Positions 18,429 to 26,653 of a DNA stretch of 49,148 nt are shown here, piece by piece. The stretch is from a virus (taxonomy: Duplodnaviria; Caudoviricetes). Location of the stretch: positions 1 through 49,148 of IMG/VR virus record IMGVR_UViG_3300044676_005519; one strand, 5' to 3'. The stretch's first letter is position 1, and each line of letters begins with the position of its first letter. The notes below the pieces were generated by a model. That model saw nothing but the letters and a program-made list of their open reading frames with translations, did not search any database and had not been told where the DNA came from. The position numbers and the translations under genes are program-made.

Positions 18429-18504
18429 TATTTCAGCAACAATTATACTTTCTTCAGTTGCATGTTTTGTTGTCTGGGGGTTGTACCATGCATATCCTAG
18501 CTAA
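18412..18504 (+). CDS. ndhQ: NdhQ-like micropeptide (30 aa, not in ORF track)
   Basis: MKPVTSISATIILSSVACFVVWGLYHAYPS resembles the NdhQ TM/C-terminus ISAxxIL...WxLxxAY. Confidence 0.55.
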   Translation: MKPVTSISATIILSSVACFVVWGLYHAYPS

Positions 18505-18583
18505 TTATATTCCTTTTATTTTAATTGGATTAGTTTGTTTCTTCGGATTATTTCTATTCATCTTATCGGTTTTTCAAGAATGA
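18488..18583 (+). CDS. 31-aa membrane micropeptide (not in ORF track)
   Basis: MHILANYIPFILIGLVCFFGLFLFILSVFQE; ATGA coupled to the next gene. Confidence 0.5.
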   Translation: MHILANYIPFILIGLVCFFGLFLFILSVFQE

Positions 18584-18741
18584 TGTTACAGTTTGCTAGA
18601 TTCTGTGGTGTTGTATTAAACAACCCATACGGATTAGGATTCCTCTCAACCATTTTAGTCTTTGTCCCCATCATAGGAATGTGGGCAGTTCATAAGTATG
18701 GATGGGAACACTGGGAACCATTTGACAGAGGACACAAGTAG
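18580..18741 (+). CDS. small membrane protein
   Basis: TM helix followed by WAVHKYGWEHWEPF. Confidence 0.65.
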   Translation: MMLQFARFCGVVLNNPYGLGFLSTILVFVPIIGMWAVHKYGWEHWEPFDRGHK

Positions 18742-18750
18742 GGTTATAAT
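18722..18750 (+). promoter_or_regulatory. consensus sigma70 promoter TTGACA-17-TATAAT for tRNA-Pro
   Basis: -35 at 18722-18727; -10 at 18745-18750. Confidence 0.85.
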
Positions 18751-18760
18751 AAACACATAA

Positions 18761-18834
18761 CGGGGTGTAGCTCAGTTTGGTAGAGCACTCGCTTTGGGAG
18801 CGAGTGGCCGAAGGTTCAAATCCTTTCACCCCGA
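18761..18834 (+). tRNA. tRNA-Pro(UGG)
   Basis: CGGGGTG/CACCCCG acceptor; CTCGC-TT-TGG-GA-GCGAG. Confidence 0.96.
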
Positions 18835-18853
18835 TTGCATACATATTACAACG

Positions 18854-19024
18854 ATGCATTTTTATTCTGTGGAATACTGGCAAGAGAACTGGGAAACTCT
18901 TTTTGAAAGAGTGGAGAACGGAGAGACGATAGGTATAGAGAACGAGAACGGAGATAAAGCAGTGATGGTTCCAGCGGATGATGAACTCATACGCATGTAT
19001 ACTGATCACTCAGAAGCATCCTGA
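18854..19024 (+). CDS. small protein, Phd/YefM-like pattern
   Basis: YSVEYWQENWETLFERVENGETIGIENENGDKAVMVP resembles the Phd N-terminal fold. Confidence 0.55.
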   Translation: MHFYSVEYWQENWETLFERVENGETIGIENENGDKAVMVPADDELIRMYTDHSEAS

Positions 19025-19099
19025 GGGACTGTCGCATATTGGTTAATGCTCTCTGCTTATAACGGGGTAAACTGGGTTCAATTCCCAGCAGTCCTACCA
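19025..19099 (+). tRNA. tRNA-Ile(UAU), with encoded CCA
   Basis: GGGACTG/CAGTCCT-A-CCA; CTCTG-CT-TAT-AA-CGGGG. Confidence 0.88.
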
Positions 19100-19172
19100 G
19101 GGGGATTAGCAATCTGGTGAATGCACCGAACTCATAATTCGGCTGAGGTGGGTTCGATCCCCACATCCCCCA
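19100..19172 (+). tRNA. tRNA(CAU), elongator Met or Ile2
   Basis: GGGGGAT/ATCCCCC; CCGAA-CT-CAT-AA-TTCGG; lacks initiator features. Confidence 0.9.
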
Positions 19173-19201
19173 TTGACGGATCTCCGTCAAACCCTTATAA
19201 T
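19173..19201 (+). promoter_or_regulatory. sigma70 promoter TTGACG-17-TATAAT with -35 inside an inverted repeat
   Basis: TTGACGGA-TC-TCCGTCAA at 19173-19190; TATAAT at 19196-19201. Confidence 0.8.
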
Positions 19202-19223
19202 ACTAAGGTCAACATTCAAAACA

Positions 19224-19439
19224 ATGGCACTTACAACTAAGTTCAAGAAAGACGTTCAGACCCTTCGTGGTGCAGCAAACGGTGAATTTTTCCTTGATGT
19301 AAAGAATCCGAAACTTTTCAAAAGGGTTCGTCGGTATTATGAAGGTGAAGGTGTAGTTTTCTCTGGAGATCCTCTGGACGATTACGAAATTCTTATGGAA
19401 TACATTGCGTCTGATCTTGAAACTGTGGAGGTTGCGTGA
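19224..19439 (+). CDS. conserved cyanophage hypothetical protein
   Basis: MALTTKFKKD...LDVKNPKLFKRVRRYY. Confidence 0.7.
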   Translation: MALTTKFKKDVQTLRGAANGEFFLDVKNPKLFKRVRRYYEGEGVVFSGDPLDDYEILMEYIASDLETVEVA

Positions 19440-19675
19440 AAATTCTCTTAGAGCGTTTTCCCTATCGTTATGTTGAGTGTGGCACCTTGGAAATCAATGG
19501 TATGCCAGACTATCGTATTCAAAAAGCAAATGAATACACTAAACGATACAGTGACATGTATCTTCTAGACAATCAGATGCAACTTCTGACTGCTATGGAA
19601 GATTTTGAATACACGAAATGGTTAGATCCAGAACGTGTTCCTTGTTATGTAAGAGATGATGTAGTCGCGGAGTGA
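19436..19675 (+). CDS. conserved cyanophage hypothetical protein
   Basis: GGAGG RBS, GTG start; LERFPYRYVECG. Confidence 0.7.
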   Translation: MKILLERFPYRYVECGTLEINGMPDYRIQKANEYTKRYSDMYLLDNQMQLLTAMEDFEYTKWLDPERVPCYVRDDVVAE

Positions 19676-20132
19676 CTTAAAAAATGCCCTGGTCGGGACG
19701 GTTCCCTAAGTCACGGATGGACTATAACAGAACTGGTGGAGTCATTAGACCCTTCTAAAAAACTAAATAAACAGAGAAGTTATTAATTGTACAAATGGCA
19801 ATTCAAGGAAAATCAGGAAAATCTGCAACTGGAGCATCGATGTCTAAGTATGATATCGAAGTCGAAGGAAGACTTAATGTCATCGAGGGGAGATTGGCAG
19901 AGATTGAAGTTAAACTTCATCAACTCTCTGAAAAATTAAATGCCCCTGCTGCCCCTGCAGCTCCAAGTGCTGGTTGGCCAGATGGTCTCGCAGCAGCACT
20001 GAAAGAAGCATTCCCTGGCAAATTCAAACACCTCTGAATGGTTTCTTGCTTATCCTAAAAGCAAGTGGTGCGGATGGGGTTTAACTCCCGCCCTGTTTCT
20101 TGCTTCAGGATAAAGAGCAAGTGGCGTGCATG
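19664..20132 (+). ncRNA. manA-like structured RNA motif, two tandem module pairs interrupted by an ORF
   Basis: GTCRCGGA..GAC...CTGGT.GG twice (19664-19752); GTTTCTTGCTT...AGCAAGTGG twice around GGTGCGGATGGG...CCCGCC (20041-20130); upstream of sugar genes; family recalled from memory. Confidence 0.55.
19795..20037 (+). CDS. small coiled-coil hypothetical protein
   Basis: CTAAATA late promoter at 19763; MSKYDIEVEGRL heptads. Confidence 0.7.
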   Translation: MAIQGKSGKSATGASMSKYDIEVEGRLNVIEGRLAEIEVKLHQLSEKLNAPAAPAAPSAGWPDGLAAALKEAFPGKFKHL

Positions 20133-20143
20133 AAAGACCTTAC

Positions 20144-20180
20144 AAAGACGGTTGACATCAACCGTCTTTTTTATTATCAT
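20144..20180 (+). promoter_or_regulatory. terminator/promoter hybrid opening the glycan island
   Basis: AAAGACGGTTGA/TCAACCGTCTTT hairpin plus T run; TTGACA at 20152-20157, 17 nt, TATCAT at 20175-20180. Confidence 0.8.
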
Positions 20181-20207
20181 ATATACTAACACAATTATCA
20201 AAATTTT

Positions 20208-21302
20208 ATGACTGAACGTAAGAAGACAGCACTGGTGTTGGGTGCTGGTGGTTTTATTGGTAGTCACATGGTGAGAAGGCTGCGTAGTGAGGGATATTGG
20301 GTTCGTGGGGTAGACCTTAAGTATCCAGAGTATTCTGCTACTGTTGCCGATGAATTTATTCAAGGTGACCTTACTGATGCTAGTCTGGTTGAACGTGTTG
20401 TAGAGTTCAAAGGATATGCTGCAAACTTCTACAAGTTTGTTCCCTCTGAATATACTGATACTTTTGATGAAATCTATCAGTATGCTGCTGACATGGGTGG
20501 TGCAGGATTTGTTTTCAGTGGAGATAATGACTCTGAAATCATGAGTAACTCTGCATCTATCAATATCAACCTTCTTGAAGCACAAAGAAAGTTGAATGAT
20601 AACAAGGGTGTAAACAAGACCAAGATCTTCTACAGCAGCAGTGCTTGCATGTATCCTGAGTATGCTCAGATGGATGTTAACAATCCTGGTCTGAAAGAGA
20701 CCGATGCATATCCTGCAGGTCCTGACTCTGAGTATGGTTGGGAAAAACTGTTCTCAGAACGTCTCTTCCTTGCATACAACCGCAATCACAACATCGAAGT
20801 TCACATCGGTCGTTTCCACAACATCTTTGGTCCTGAGGGCACCTGGACTGGTGGTAGAGAGAAGTCTCCTGCAGCAATGTGTCGCAAGGTTGCAATGGCA
20901 GCAGATGGTGGAGAAGTTGAAATCTGGGGTGATGGTGAGCAAACTCGTTCATTCCTTTTCGTTGAGGAGTGTGTTGAAGCAACTCGTCGTCTGATGGAAT
21001 CCGACTTCTCTGGTCCTGTGAACATTGGATCTGAGGAGATGGTCACCATTAATCAACTGGCAGACATTGCTGCCAAGGTTGCTGGTAAGACCATTGTCAA
21101 GAAGCACATTGACGGTCCTCTGGGTGTTCGTGGTCGTAACTCCAACAACGATCTTGTTCGTGAGAAACTTGGTTGGGACTACACTATGACTCTGGAAGAA
21201 GGTATGGCTAAGACATATGCCTGGGTTGAAGAGCAAGTCAAGCAGAGTGAAGAACCCACCTACTACGAAGATAGTTTTGGACTAGTCGCGGGGACTGTTT
21301 GA
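20208..21302 (+). CDS. NAD-dependent epimerase, GDP-mannose 3,5-epimerase-like
   Basis: GAGGFIG; AADMGGAGF; SSACMYP; YGWEK; GRFHNIFGP..GGREKSPAA.CRK; WGDGEQTRSF. Confidence 0.88.
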   Translation: MTERKKTALVLGAGGFIGSHMVRRLRSEGYWVRGVDLKYPEYSATVADEFIQGDLTDASLVERVVEFKGYAANFYKFVPSEYTDTFDEIYQYAADMGGAGFVFSGDNDSEIMSNSASININLLEAQRKLNDNKGVNKTKIFYSSSACMYPEYAQMDVNNPGLKETDAYPAGPDSEYGWEKLFSERLFLAYNRNHNIEVHIGRFHNIFGPEGTWTGGREKSPAAMCRKVAMAADGGEVEIWGDGEQTRSFLFVEECVEATRRLMESDFSGPVNIGSEEMVTINQLADIAAKVAGKTIVKKHIDGPLGVRGRNSNNDLVREKLGWDYTMTLEEGMAKTYAWVEEQVKQSEEPTYYEDSFGLVAGTV

Positions 21303-21303
21303 G

Positions 21304-22227
21304 ATGAACGTTGTTTCAGGTAATTGTGCTGGGACCTTTAGTGGGTTCCTAGCACAATTGGCATGGATGGAAACTGCAGAGAAGAATCCAGAGATCAATC
21401 TTGCTTTGCATACTAGAAACAAAACCCACTACCCTGGTAGCAGTTACTCCAACTATCGTTGGTTTAGTTCTGCAGATTGTAATAATATTGATGAAGTTGT
21501 AGGAGAAAATATTCTATTTGACTTCTTTGAACCAAATGAGTACATGACAAAGGAGTATCCTGAGGAGTTTACTTATTTTGAAACCTACCCTGCTGATATC
21601 AAAGATCAGTTTTCTAATTATCCGGAAGACACTTTGAAGTATGATGGTAGAGGAAGTAAGAAGGAACAGTATACCGATACTGAATTCTTCAACAATACCA
21701 GAGTTGCTTTGAATCGACAGTGGAATAAGTTTACTTTCACTGATCGTATGAAGAAACTGATCGCAGAAGAGGAAAAACTGATTGAAGGTAAGAAGGTTAT
21801 GACCCTTATGCTTCGTCACTCTGAGCACTATGCTGGAGCAACCAAGGGATATAAACTTGGTGGTCCTGCAGTCATGGAGAATTCTATTCGTTGTGTGAAA
21901 GAACGCATTGATGATTATGATGCGATTCTCCTTACTACACTGATTCAACCTTTCGTGGATCAATTCCGTGATATGTTTGGTGATAGGTTGATCACTACTA
22001 ATAGAGATCGTTTCCCGATTGATATTGACTGGAAAGGTGGTCGTTATACTCAAGAACCAATGACTGATGTTGAGTATGATACTGAGTATCAGAATGCATT
22101 TCTTGATGTTGCTCTGACCTCCAAGACTGATCTGGCTATTGGAAGCAGCAGCAATATGTTCCTTGCCTCTATGTGCATGAATCCAGAACTAAAATACGAA
22201 ATGTTTGTTATCGCAGATGGGTGTTGA
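21304..22227 (+). CDS. putative fucosyltransferase-fold (GT23/NodZ-like) protein
   Basis: LMLRHSE and DVALTSKTDLAIGSSSNMF resemble alpha-6/O-FucT motifs. Confidence 0.5.
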   Translation: MNVVSGNCAGTFSGFLAQLAWMETAEKNPEINLALHTRNKTHYPGSSYSNYRWFSSADCNNIDEVVGENILFDFFEPNEYMTKEYPEEFTYFETYPADIKDQFSNYPEDTLKYDGRGSKKEQYTDTEFFNNTRVALNRQWNKFTFTDRMKKLIAEEEKLIEGKKVMTLMLRHSEHYAGATKGYKLGGPAVMENSIRCVKERIDDYDAILLTTLIQPFVDQFRDMFGDRLITTNRDRFPIDIDWKGGRYTQEPMTDVEYDTEYQNAFLDVALTSKTDLAIGSSSNMFLASMCMNPELKYEMFVIADGC

Positions 22228-22228
22228 T

Positions 22229-23083
22229 ATGAAAAAACAATTTAAACTACTGAATGACAGTTGGATTCATTTGAGTAATGGAAACAAAGGTCACATGATT
22301 CATGGAAAAGAATCCAAGTATCTTGATTGGATTCACTGTGGTGAGGGAAAACAACAAGATACTTTTAATTCTCTTGTATCAACAGATGAAACCTTCTATG
22401 TTGATAAGTTTCTCCCTGTTGGTCTTCAAGACTCAAAGAGTGCTGTCAAATATGGCATCATTTTTGAGTGTGGCTGGATCATGCAACCAGTTATTGATCA
22501 AGTAAAAGAAAATCTTGATGCATATATGAATTGCTATGAGAAGATTTTTACTTGGTCTGAGGAACTTTGTGAACTGCATGACAGAATTTGCTGGATTCCT
22601 GGGTACGGATCTTACATTGAAGAACCTCAAATCTATCCTAAGACCAAACTAGTATCGATTATTTGTTCCATGCAATCTTGGTTGCCTGGGCATCGTGATC
22701 GTCTTGCAATGGTTGAACAACTGGCTCCATATGCCCCCTGGTTTGGTAAGGGACGTGGTGATATGGAGATTGAACGGAAGGAAGAGGGTCTTGCTGACTA
22801 CATGTTCTCTGTTGCCATTGAGAATATGGACAACTGGTTCACCGAAAAGATCATTGATTGCTTCCTCTGCGGTACTGTACCCATCTTTTACGGTACTCCA
22901 AACATTGGTAAGTGGTTCAACACTGATGGAATCATCATTCTTGAGGATGGATTTGACATTGAAGAACTGACAGAGGAGATGTATTATTCCAGAATGGATG
23001 CTATCAAGGACAACTTTGAGAGAGCACTGAAGATGGAAAACGTTGAAGACTTTATGTGGGAGAATTATTTTGAACAACGATAA
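22229..23083 (+). CDS. GT10-like glycosyltransferase (alpha-1,3-fucosyltransferase motif)
   Basis: YMFSVAIEN...WFTEKIIDCFLCGTVPIFYG. Confidence 0.75.
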   Translation: MKKQFKLLNDSWIHLSNGNKGHMIHGKESKYLDWIHCGEGKQQDTFNSLVSTDETFYVDKFLPVGLQDSKSAVKYGIIFECGWIMQPVIDQVKENLDAYMNCYEKIFTWSEELCELHDRICWIPGYGSYIEEPQIYPKTKLVSIICSMQSWLPGHRDRLAMVEQLAPYAPWFGKGRGDMEIERKEEGLADYMFSVAIENMDNWFTEKIIDCFLCGTVPIFYGTPNIGKWFNTDGIIILEDGFDIEELTEEMYYSRMDAIKDNFERALKMENVEDFMWENYFEQR

Positions 23084-23804
23084 AATTTGTCTTATCCACC
23101 ACTTTGCTGGAGTTGGTGATGTTTTCTTCCTCCAATACGTGGCAAGAAAGTATCTTGCTATGGGTTATCGAGTCATTTGGCCACTGAGAGATAAGATTAT
23201 CTGGATCAAAGACTATATTCCAGACATTGAATTCTGTTCAATGAACGATGATTTTCCTGGAAAACAGTACTATGGTCAGGATGTGATCATCGTATCTCCC
23301 AATTTTGTCTATCTTGGTATCATGAAAGCACATCTCTGGGGCAATGACTACGGTGTATCTGATGAGGATACCTGTGCTTGCATGTCTGCTAAGTATGATC
23401 TCATGCATCTTGATTGGCATGACTGGTCTAAAGGATTCAAGTTCAATCGCAACATTGACAAGGAAAATGAACTCTATTATGATGTCCTTGGTTTGAAAGA
23501 TGACTCAGAATATACCTTTGTAAACCGTTATTCAAACACAGATAATCGTAAAAATGATGTATTGGTGATGCAGGACTTCAAATATCCTGCAGTAAACCTA
23601 GATATTGTTGGTGGATTCTCCCTCTTTGACTGGTGTAAGGTCATTGAGAATGCTAAAGAAATCCATACAGTACATACATCTGTGCCCTATCTGATTGATA
23701 TGCTAGATATCAAGGCAGAAAAATACATCATGTATCAGGGGAACCACAATGATGATGTGAAGCACATCCCCTTCTCCAAAAATCCTGTCTACATTCCAAA
23801 CTAA
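23070..23804 (+). CDS. putative glycosyltransferase-like protein
   Basis: AGVGDVFF N-terminal motif; IENAKEIHTVHTS; TTG start uncertain. Confidence 0.5.
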   Translation: MNNDKICLIHHFAGVGDVFFLQYVARKYLAMGYRVIWPLRDKIIWIKDYIPDIEFCSMNDDFPGKQYYGQDVIIVSPNFVYLGIMKAHLWGNDYGVSDEDTCACMSAKYDLMHLDWHDWSKGFKFNRNIDKENELYYDVLGLKDDSEYTFVNRYSNTDNRKNDVLVMQDFKYPAVNLDIVGGFSLFDWCKVIENAKEIHTVHTSVPYLIDMLDIKAEKYIMYQGNHNDDVKHIPFSKNPVYIPN

Positions 23805-23816
23805 CGAGGTGCTACT

Positions 23817-24251
23817 ATGAAAATGCCTATTTCTGAAATCATTGACCGATATACAATTTCTAAACTCAAGTCCGAACGTACTAGTGAAGATGTTTCTCAT
23901 GAAGTGAACTCATATTCTGAGGAAATTAGTCAGTATAATGCTGAAGAAGTTACTCCATACGTTGAAAAGATGTATGAAATCAACGGAACTCTCTGGGATT
24001 ATGAAACCAGAATGCGTAAACTGATGGACAGTCGCAATGGAACTGGTCCTGTAGTTGATGCAAATGATCTTCCACTCGCAGAAATCGGCAAACTTGCTCT
24101 TCTGGTACGTGATCTCAACGGCACTCGTAATGGTGTTAAATCTGAAATTGTTGAGAAGTTCAGTGAAGGATTCAAGGACATCAAGATCAATTATGTGAAG
24201 ACAGATTATCCTGTTCTTTCTAATCTTGGTCTCAAGTTTGAAGATGAATGA
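23817..24251 (+). CDS. hypothetical coiled-coil protein
   Basis: GAGG RBS; SEIIDRYTI..LK...INGTLWDYE...N..R..K pattern. Confidence 0.7.
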   Translation: MKMPISEIIDRYTISKLKSERTSEDVSHEVNSYSEEISQYNAEEVTPYVEKMYEINGTLWDYETRMRKLMDSRNGTGPVVDANDLPLAEIGKLALLVRDLNGTRNGVKSEIVEKFSEGFKDIKINYVKTDYPVLSNLGLKFEDE

Positions 24252-24580
24252 GGTATGTTGTAGATATTGATGGTACTATCTGCGATCCTGGACCGGACAG
24301 GGAGACAAGATATACTCTTGCTACTCCCCGACAGGGTAGGATTGACTTCATAAATAAGTTATATGATGAAGGACACACCATCATATATCTGACAGCTAGA
24401 GGTATGGGTCAGTTTGATAACTGCCGAAAGATCGCAGAGGAAACATTCTACGATTTTACCTGGAAACAATTAGAGTCATGGGGTTGCAAATTCCATGACT
24501 TATTTTTAGGTAAACCTGCTGCAGATTTGTATATTGACGATAGAGGCATCAATGATCATGACTTCTTCATTCCAAACTGA
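24248..24580 (+). CDS. HAD-family (capsule biosynthesis) phosphatase
   Basis: VDIDGTI; LTARG; GKPAADLYIDD. Confidence 0.85.
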   Translation: MRYVVDIDGTICDPGPDRETRYTLATPRQGRIDFINKLYDEGHTIIYLTARGMGQFDNCRKIAEETFYDFTWKQLESWGCKFHDLFLGKPAADLYIDDRGINDHDFFIPN

Positions 24581-24908
24581 AGAAAGACCTTGGGGTATGT
24601 TTGAGACTTTATATGATGCTGAATCGTATAAAGTAAAAAGAATTTACGTAAACCCAAACCAATCTTTCTCACTTCAATATCACAATCACCGTTGGGAAGA
24701 TTGGATTATTGTTGAGGGAAGTGGTATAATTAATGATGGGTTTGAAGTAAGAAATTGTCTAGTTGGTGATAGATTTCACATTCCACCAAAAAATATTCAC
24801 AGAGCAACTGCTGGTCCAGATGGGATAACCTTTATTGAAGTTCAACGTGGTATTTGTGATGAGAGTGACATCGTTAGATTGGAAGATAACTACGGAAGAG
24901 TTGTCTAA
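24552..24908 (+). CDS. cupin, mannose-6-phosphate isomerase type II C-terminal-like
   Basis: ERPWG; SLQYHNHRWEDW; IEVQRG; DIVRLEDNYGR. Confidence 0.85.
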   Translation: MIMTSSFQTEERPWGMFETLYDAESYKVKRIYVNPNQSFSLQYHNHRWEDWIIVEGSGIINDGFEVRNCLVGDRFHIPPKNIHRATAGPDGITFIEVQRGICDESDIVRLEDNYGRVV

Positions 24909-24953
24909 AGCATCCTTGTATGCTATTATCTTGTTAAATCGTTAAGAAATTCA

Positions 24954-25697
24954 ATGAATCGTTTTACTGATTATTCTGAACTAAAAGGACGTATTGTTGA
25001 GTGGTTACATAACTACTGTTCCATTAACAACATCAAATCATTGGTAATTGGTGTCTCTGGTGGTATTGATTCTGCAGTGAGTTCTACTCTTGCAGCATCA
25101 ACTGGTCTGCCAACCTATGCTATTGGTATGCCGATCAACCAGATCGAAGGTCAAAAAGATCTCTCAGAAGCACACCTTAATTGGTTGGATGAAAAGTTTG
25201 ATAATGTAACTGTTCTGAGATTTGATCACTCAGAAACTTTTGAAACCTTCAAGGGTATCATGGGTGAAGATTATGGATCTGATAAGATGGCACTTGCCAA
25301 TACCAGGTCTCGCATTCGCATGGTCACTCTCTATCAGGTTGCTGCAACTGTTGGTGGTATCGTTGTTGGTACTGGAAACAAAGTTGAAGATTATGGTGTT
25401 GGTTTCTATACTAAGTATGGTGATGGTGGTGTAGATATTGCACCCATTGCAGACCTCTACAAAACTGAGGTATGGGAATTTGGTAAGTTCTTTGGTATCG
25501 ATGAGAGAATCATTGAAGCACAACCAACTGATGGTCTGTGGGACGATGGTAGAACTGATGAGGATCAACTTGGTGCATCTTATGCTGATCTGGAGTATGC
25601 TATGGAACATGGCACTGGACCTGCTGTTAGAGTTCTGCATAAGTTCAACACCCAGAACAAGCACAAGATGATTCCCATTCCTACCTTTACAGTATGA
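24954..25697 (+). CDS. nadE: NH3-dependent NAD+ synthetase
   Basis: GVSGGIDS; NTRSRIRM; GTGNKVE; GFYTKYGDGG; DLYKTEV; PTDGLW. Confidence 0.93.
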   Translation: MNRFTDYSELKGRIVEWLHNYCSINNIKSLVIGVSGGIDSAVSSTLAASTGLPTYAIGMPINQIEGQKDLSEAHLNWLDEKFDNVTVLRFDHSETFETFKGIMGEDYGSDKMALANTRSRIRMVTLYQVAATVGGIVVGTGNKVEDYGVGFYTKYGDGGVDIAPIADLYKTEVWEFGKFFGIDERIIEAQPTDGLWDDGRTDEDQLGASYADLEYAMEHGTGPAVRVLHKFNTQNKHKMIPIPTFTV

Positions 25698-26653
25698 GCG
25701 TCTGTCTAATTGTTAGTGATGAAGTGTCTGATGACACTTGGAAGAAAGAGATCCCACCATATAGTGGATTGGGAACTGAAGGCATAGGATCTGTGTTCCA
25801 ATACCAGATCCTACTGGCCTTCTTTGCCGATTTTATGGGTGTTGATTACACCTTCTCTGGTACAACAAAAATCTCTCATCACTCTTATACAAACAAGTCT
25901 GAAAAAGACTTTTGTGGATCCCTAGATGAGTTCTTTAATCTGTCCAACATCAAAAAAGAGTGGGATAGAGTGCATATGTTTGCACAACTTTCTGGAACTC
26001 AAGATCCTAGAGGTGCTCAAATATTCAATGGTGAATTGCAAGCATTTATTGAAGAGCACAGGGACAGTGAAGAAAATATATTAGTCAATCTCCACTGGTG
26101 TCACCTTTACCTGGCACATTTCTGCAAGGCAAATGTCTCTCAAATCTTTACAAAAGAAAGGATTGACAAAATGAGAGCAAATTTGGTATACAATGGTGAG
26201 AAATATTTTGATGATAAGATTAATATTTCTTGGCATGTTAGAACACCAAACCCAAATGATGTTCCAGCAGAGATTGTCTCCCCTCTGAGAGAACTATACT
26301 TTTATGAGAAAGACTATCAAAGATATCTGAATTTAATTACTGTTCTGAAAAATACTTTTGACGGTCAAGATGTGAATCTGCACATTCACTCGCAAGGATT
26401 TACATCTGATTTCAGTGAGTTTACTAAGTTAAAGAATAAAAACTTTAACATTATTGCTCACCTGGATGAAGATGCCATCACTGACTTATATCATATGTCA
26501 CATGCAGATCTATTTGTTATGTCAAATAGTTCTTTTTCTTGGATCGCATCACTTCTCAATAGCAATCAGAAGATTGTGAGAGATAACTTTACTAATGGAC
26601 CATTCACCGTTAATTCTACTAGAGCAAACTACGACTTTACCAGTTACACATGA
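25694..26653 (+). CDS. putative fucosyltransferase-fold glycosyltransferase
   Basis: WHVRT and DLYHMSHADLFVMSNSSFSW motifs. Confidence 0.55.
   Translation: MSVCLIVSDEVSDDTWKKEIPPYSGLGTEGIGSVFQYQILLAFFADFMGVDYTFSGTTKISHHSYTNKSEKDFCGSLDEFFNLSNIKKEWDRVHMFAQLSGTQDPRGAQIFNGELQAFIEEHRDSEENILVNLHWCHLYLAHFCKANVSQIFTKERIDKMRANLVYNGEKYFDDKINISWHVRTPNPNDVPAEIVSPLRELYFYEKDYQRYLNLITVLKNTFDGQDVNLHIHSQGFTSDFSEFTKLKNKNFNIIAHLDEDAITDLYHMSHADLFVMSNSSFSWIASLLNSNQKIVRDNFTNGPFTVNSTRANYDFTSYT

Noticed and set aside
20041-20130. CRISPR-like repeat or wcaG RNA
   Set aside because: Only two short repeat copies with no spacer array; the pattern fits my recollection of manA better than wcaG, pending an Rfam scan.
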